Shown here piece by piece: positions 60,989 to 61,636 of a stretch of DNA of 61,636 bases; position 1 is the first letter of the stretch, and each line of letters begins with the position of its first letter. A program made the position numbers and the translations under genes. Source of the stretch: Dehalococcoidia bacterium (GTDB lineage: Bacteria; Chloroflexota; Dehalococcoidia; SM23-28-2; RBG-16-64-32); assembly GCA_041481535.1 (NCBI GenBank), contig JBGPBZ010000002.1:1-61636 (forward strand). Direction: 5' to 3'. A model generated the notes under the pieces. That model was not told the DNA's origin, ran no database searches, and saw only the letters and a program-made list of their open reading frames with translations.

Positions 60989-61636
60989 CTATGGCGTACA
61001 CGTCTTATTGAAGTACGCCTGGAACTTCCCCGTATCCTGCCCGTTGATGATGCCGTTCCCGTTAAAGTCGAAGCGTTCCCCTGGCACCCCGTTGAACGGC
61101 CCCGCGCTCACTAGGTGGTTGTATGCACCTGACGGCCCGCCAAACTTCCCAGAGTCTTGGCCGTTGATCAGTTGGTCATCGTTAAAGTCGACCGGCATCG
61201 CGTCGGCCTCGTCGTTTGGTGTCGCTGTTGTCGCGCACGGTGCGAGAGAATCCGTTCCGATCGCAGTTTCGGACGCTTTCCCCGACGCCGCGATATCGTC
61301 TGGGAACCCGTCGCAGTCGGTGTCACCGGGCGGGACCGGCCATGATGGCAGTGTCTGTGCAGGGTTGTACCAGTTTGCGCAGTTGTCGGCGGCGTTCTCG
61401 ATCCCGTCGAGATCCGGATCAGTTGAGCAGTGAAGCAAGGAAGGACTGCTGAAGTTGTAGCCGGTCCGTGTGCCGGTCGCCCAGACATCGTCTGCGGCTC
61501 CTGCGTACACCGCACGTAATCCTTCTCTTTGATCTCCTGGGATGATTGGCGTCTTTTCCCTGGACCAAGAACTGCCATCCCAGCGGAATATCAGCGCCGA
61601 ACGGAATTGCGGATTTGTATCTTGGCTCTCGAAGTA
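60989..61636 (-). CDS. Partial secreted protein with thrombospondin-type-3-like and dockerin-like Ca-binding repeats; N-terminus lies beyond the window end
   Basis: DPDLDGIENAADNC and DTDCDGFPDD (TSP3-like). DFNDDQLINGQDSGKF and DFNGNGIINGQDTGKF (dockerin/EF-hand-like). The frame stays open to 61636 in my hand translation. Confidence 0.65.
   Translation of the reverse strand, partial: YFESQDTNPQFRSALIFRWDGSSWSREKTPIIPGDQREGLRAVYAGAADDVWATGTRTGYNFSSPSLLHCSTDPDLDGIENAADNCANWYNPAQTLPSWPVPPGDTDCDGFPDDIAASGKASETAIGTDSLAPCATTATPNDEADAMPVDFNDDQLINGQDSGKFGGPSGAYNHLVSAGPFNGVPGERFDFNGNGIINGQDTGKFQAYFNKTCTP

Noticed and set aside
1-61636. tRNA, rRNA, tmRNA, transposase, integrase or prophage genes.
   Set aside because: None were recognised on either strand by eye. 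There are no GGTTCGA(A/G)TCC T-arm contexts apart from one inside an interspersed repeat at ~32165. Absence should be confirmed with tRNAscan-SE or Infernal.

Overview
High-GC, gene-dense 61.6-kb chromosomal window. Spot counts on single 60-nt lines give about 65-70% G+C in typical genes. I saw no rRNA, tRNA, CRISPR array, transposase or integrase. By eye it looks like a monoderm Chloroflexota/Actinobacteria-like lineage; this is inference from LPXTG sorting signals, a PAC2 gene, many apparently leaderless starts and PFDCAQGR/QAQDER-type repeats.

Gene content, in order:
- gpsA, DinB, a CADD-like oxygenase with an MBL hydrolase, and a thiolase with its DUF35 partner.
- A molybdenum island: an XDH-family L/S/M molybdoenzyme, MocA and ModABC. 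It is interrupted by a hicAB pair and carries a stand-alone class III cyclase.
- Miscellaneous enzymes and a UPF0175/PIN pair.
- A cohesin-Ig surface protein.
- MscS, MgtE and CorA.
- Two sortase-anchored cupredoxins and a dockerin protein.
- LLM oxidoreductase, PAC2, MFS transporter, an AT-rich orphan gene, P450 and nadC.
- The conserved rpsB-tsf-pyrH-frr-uppS-cdsA-dxr-rseP-ispG block.
- VOC, a TPP enzyme and a partial TSP3/dockerin-like gene.

Most interesting observations:
1. 7-8-nt tandem repeat arrays sit in the promoter zone of many genes whose start codon lies 6-7 nt after a -10-like box.
2. Small interspersed elements have inserted just past the stop codons of nadC and a cupin gene, and are flanked by 33-44-nt duplications of the gene's 3' end.
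3. An AT-rich orphan gene (43604-44890) carries a PD-(D/E)xK-like motif.
4. A decaying hicA lies inside the molybdoenzyme operon.
5. A signal-peptide gene and a dockerin gene are split by a single in-frame TAG.
6. An unclassified structured leader precedes mgtE.

All family calls are by-eye motif recognition, not searches.
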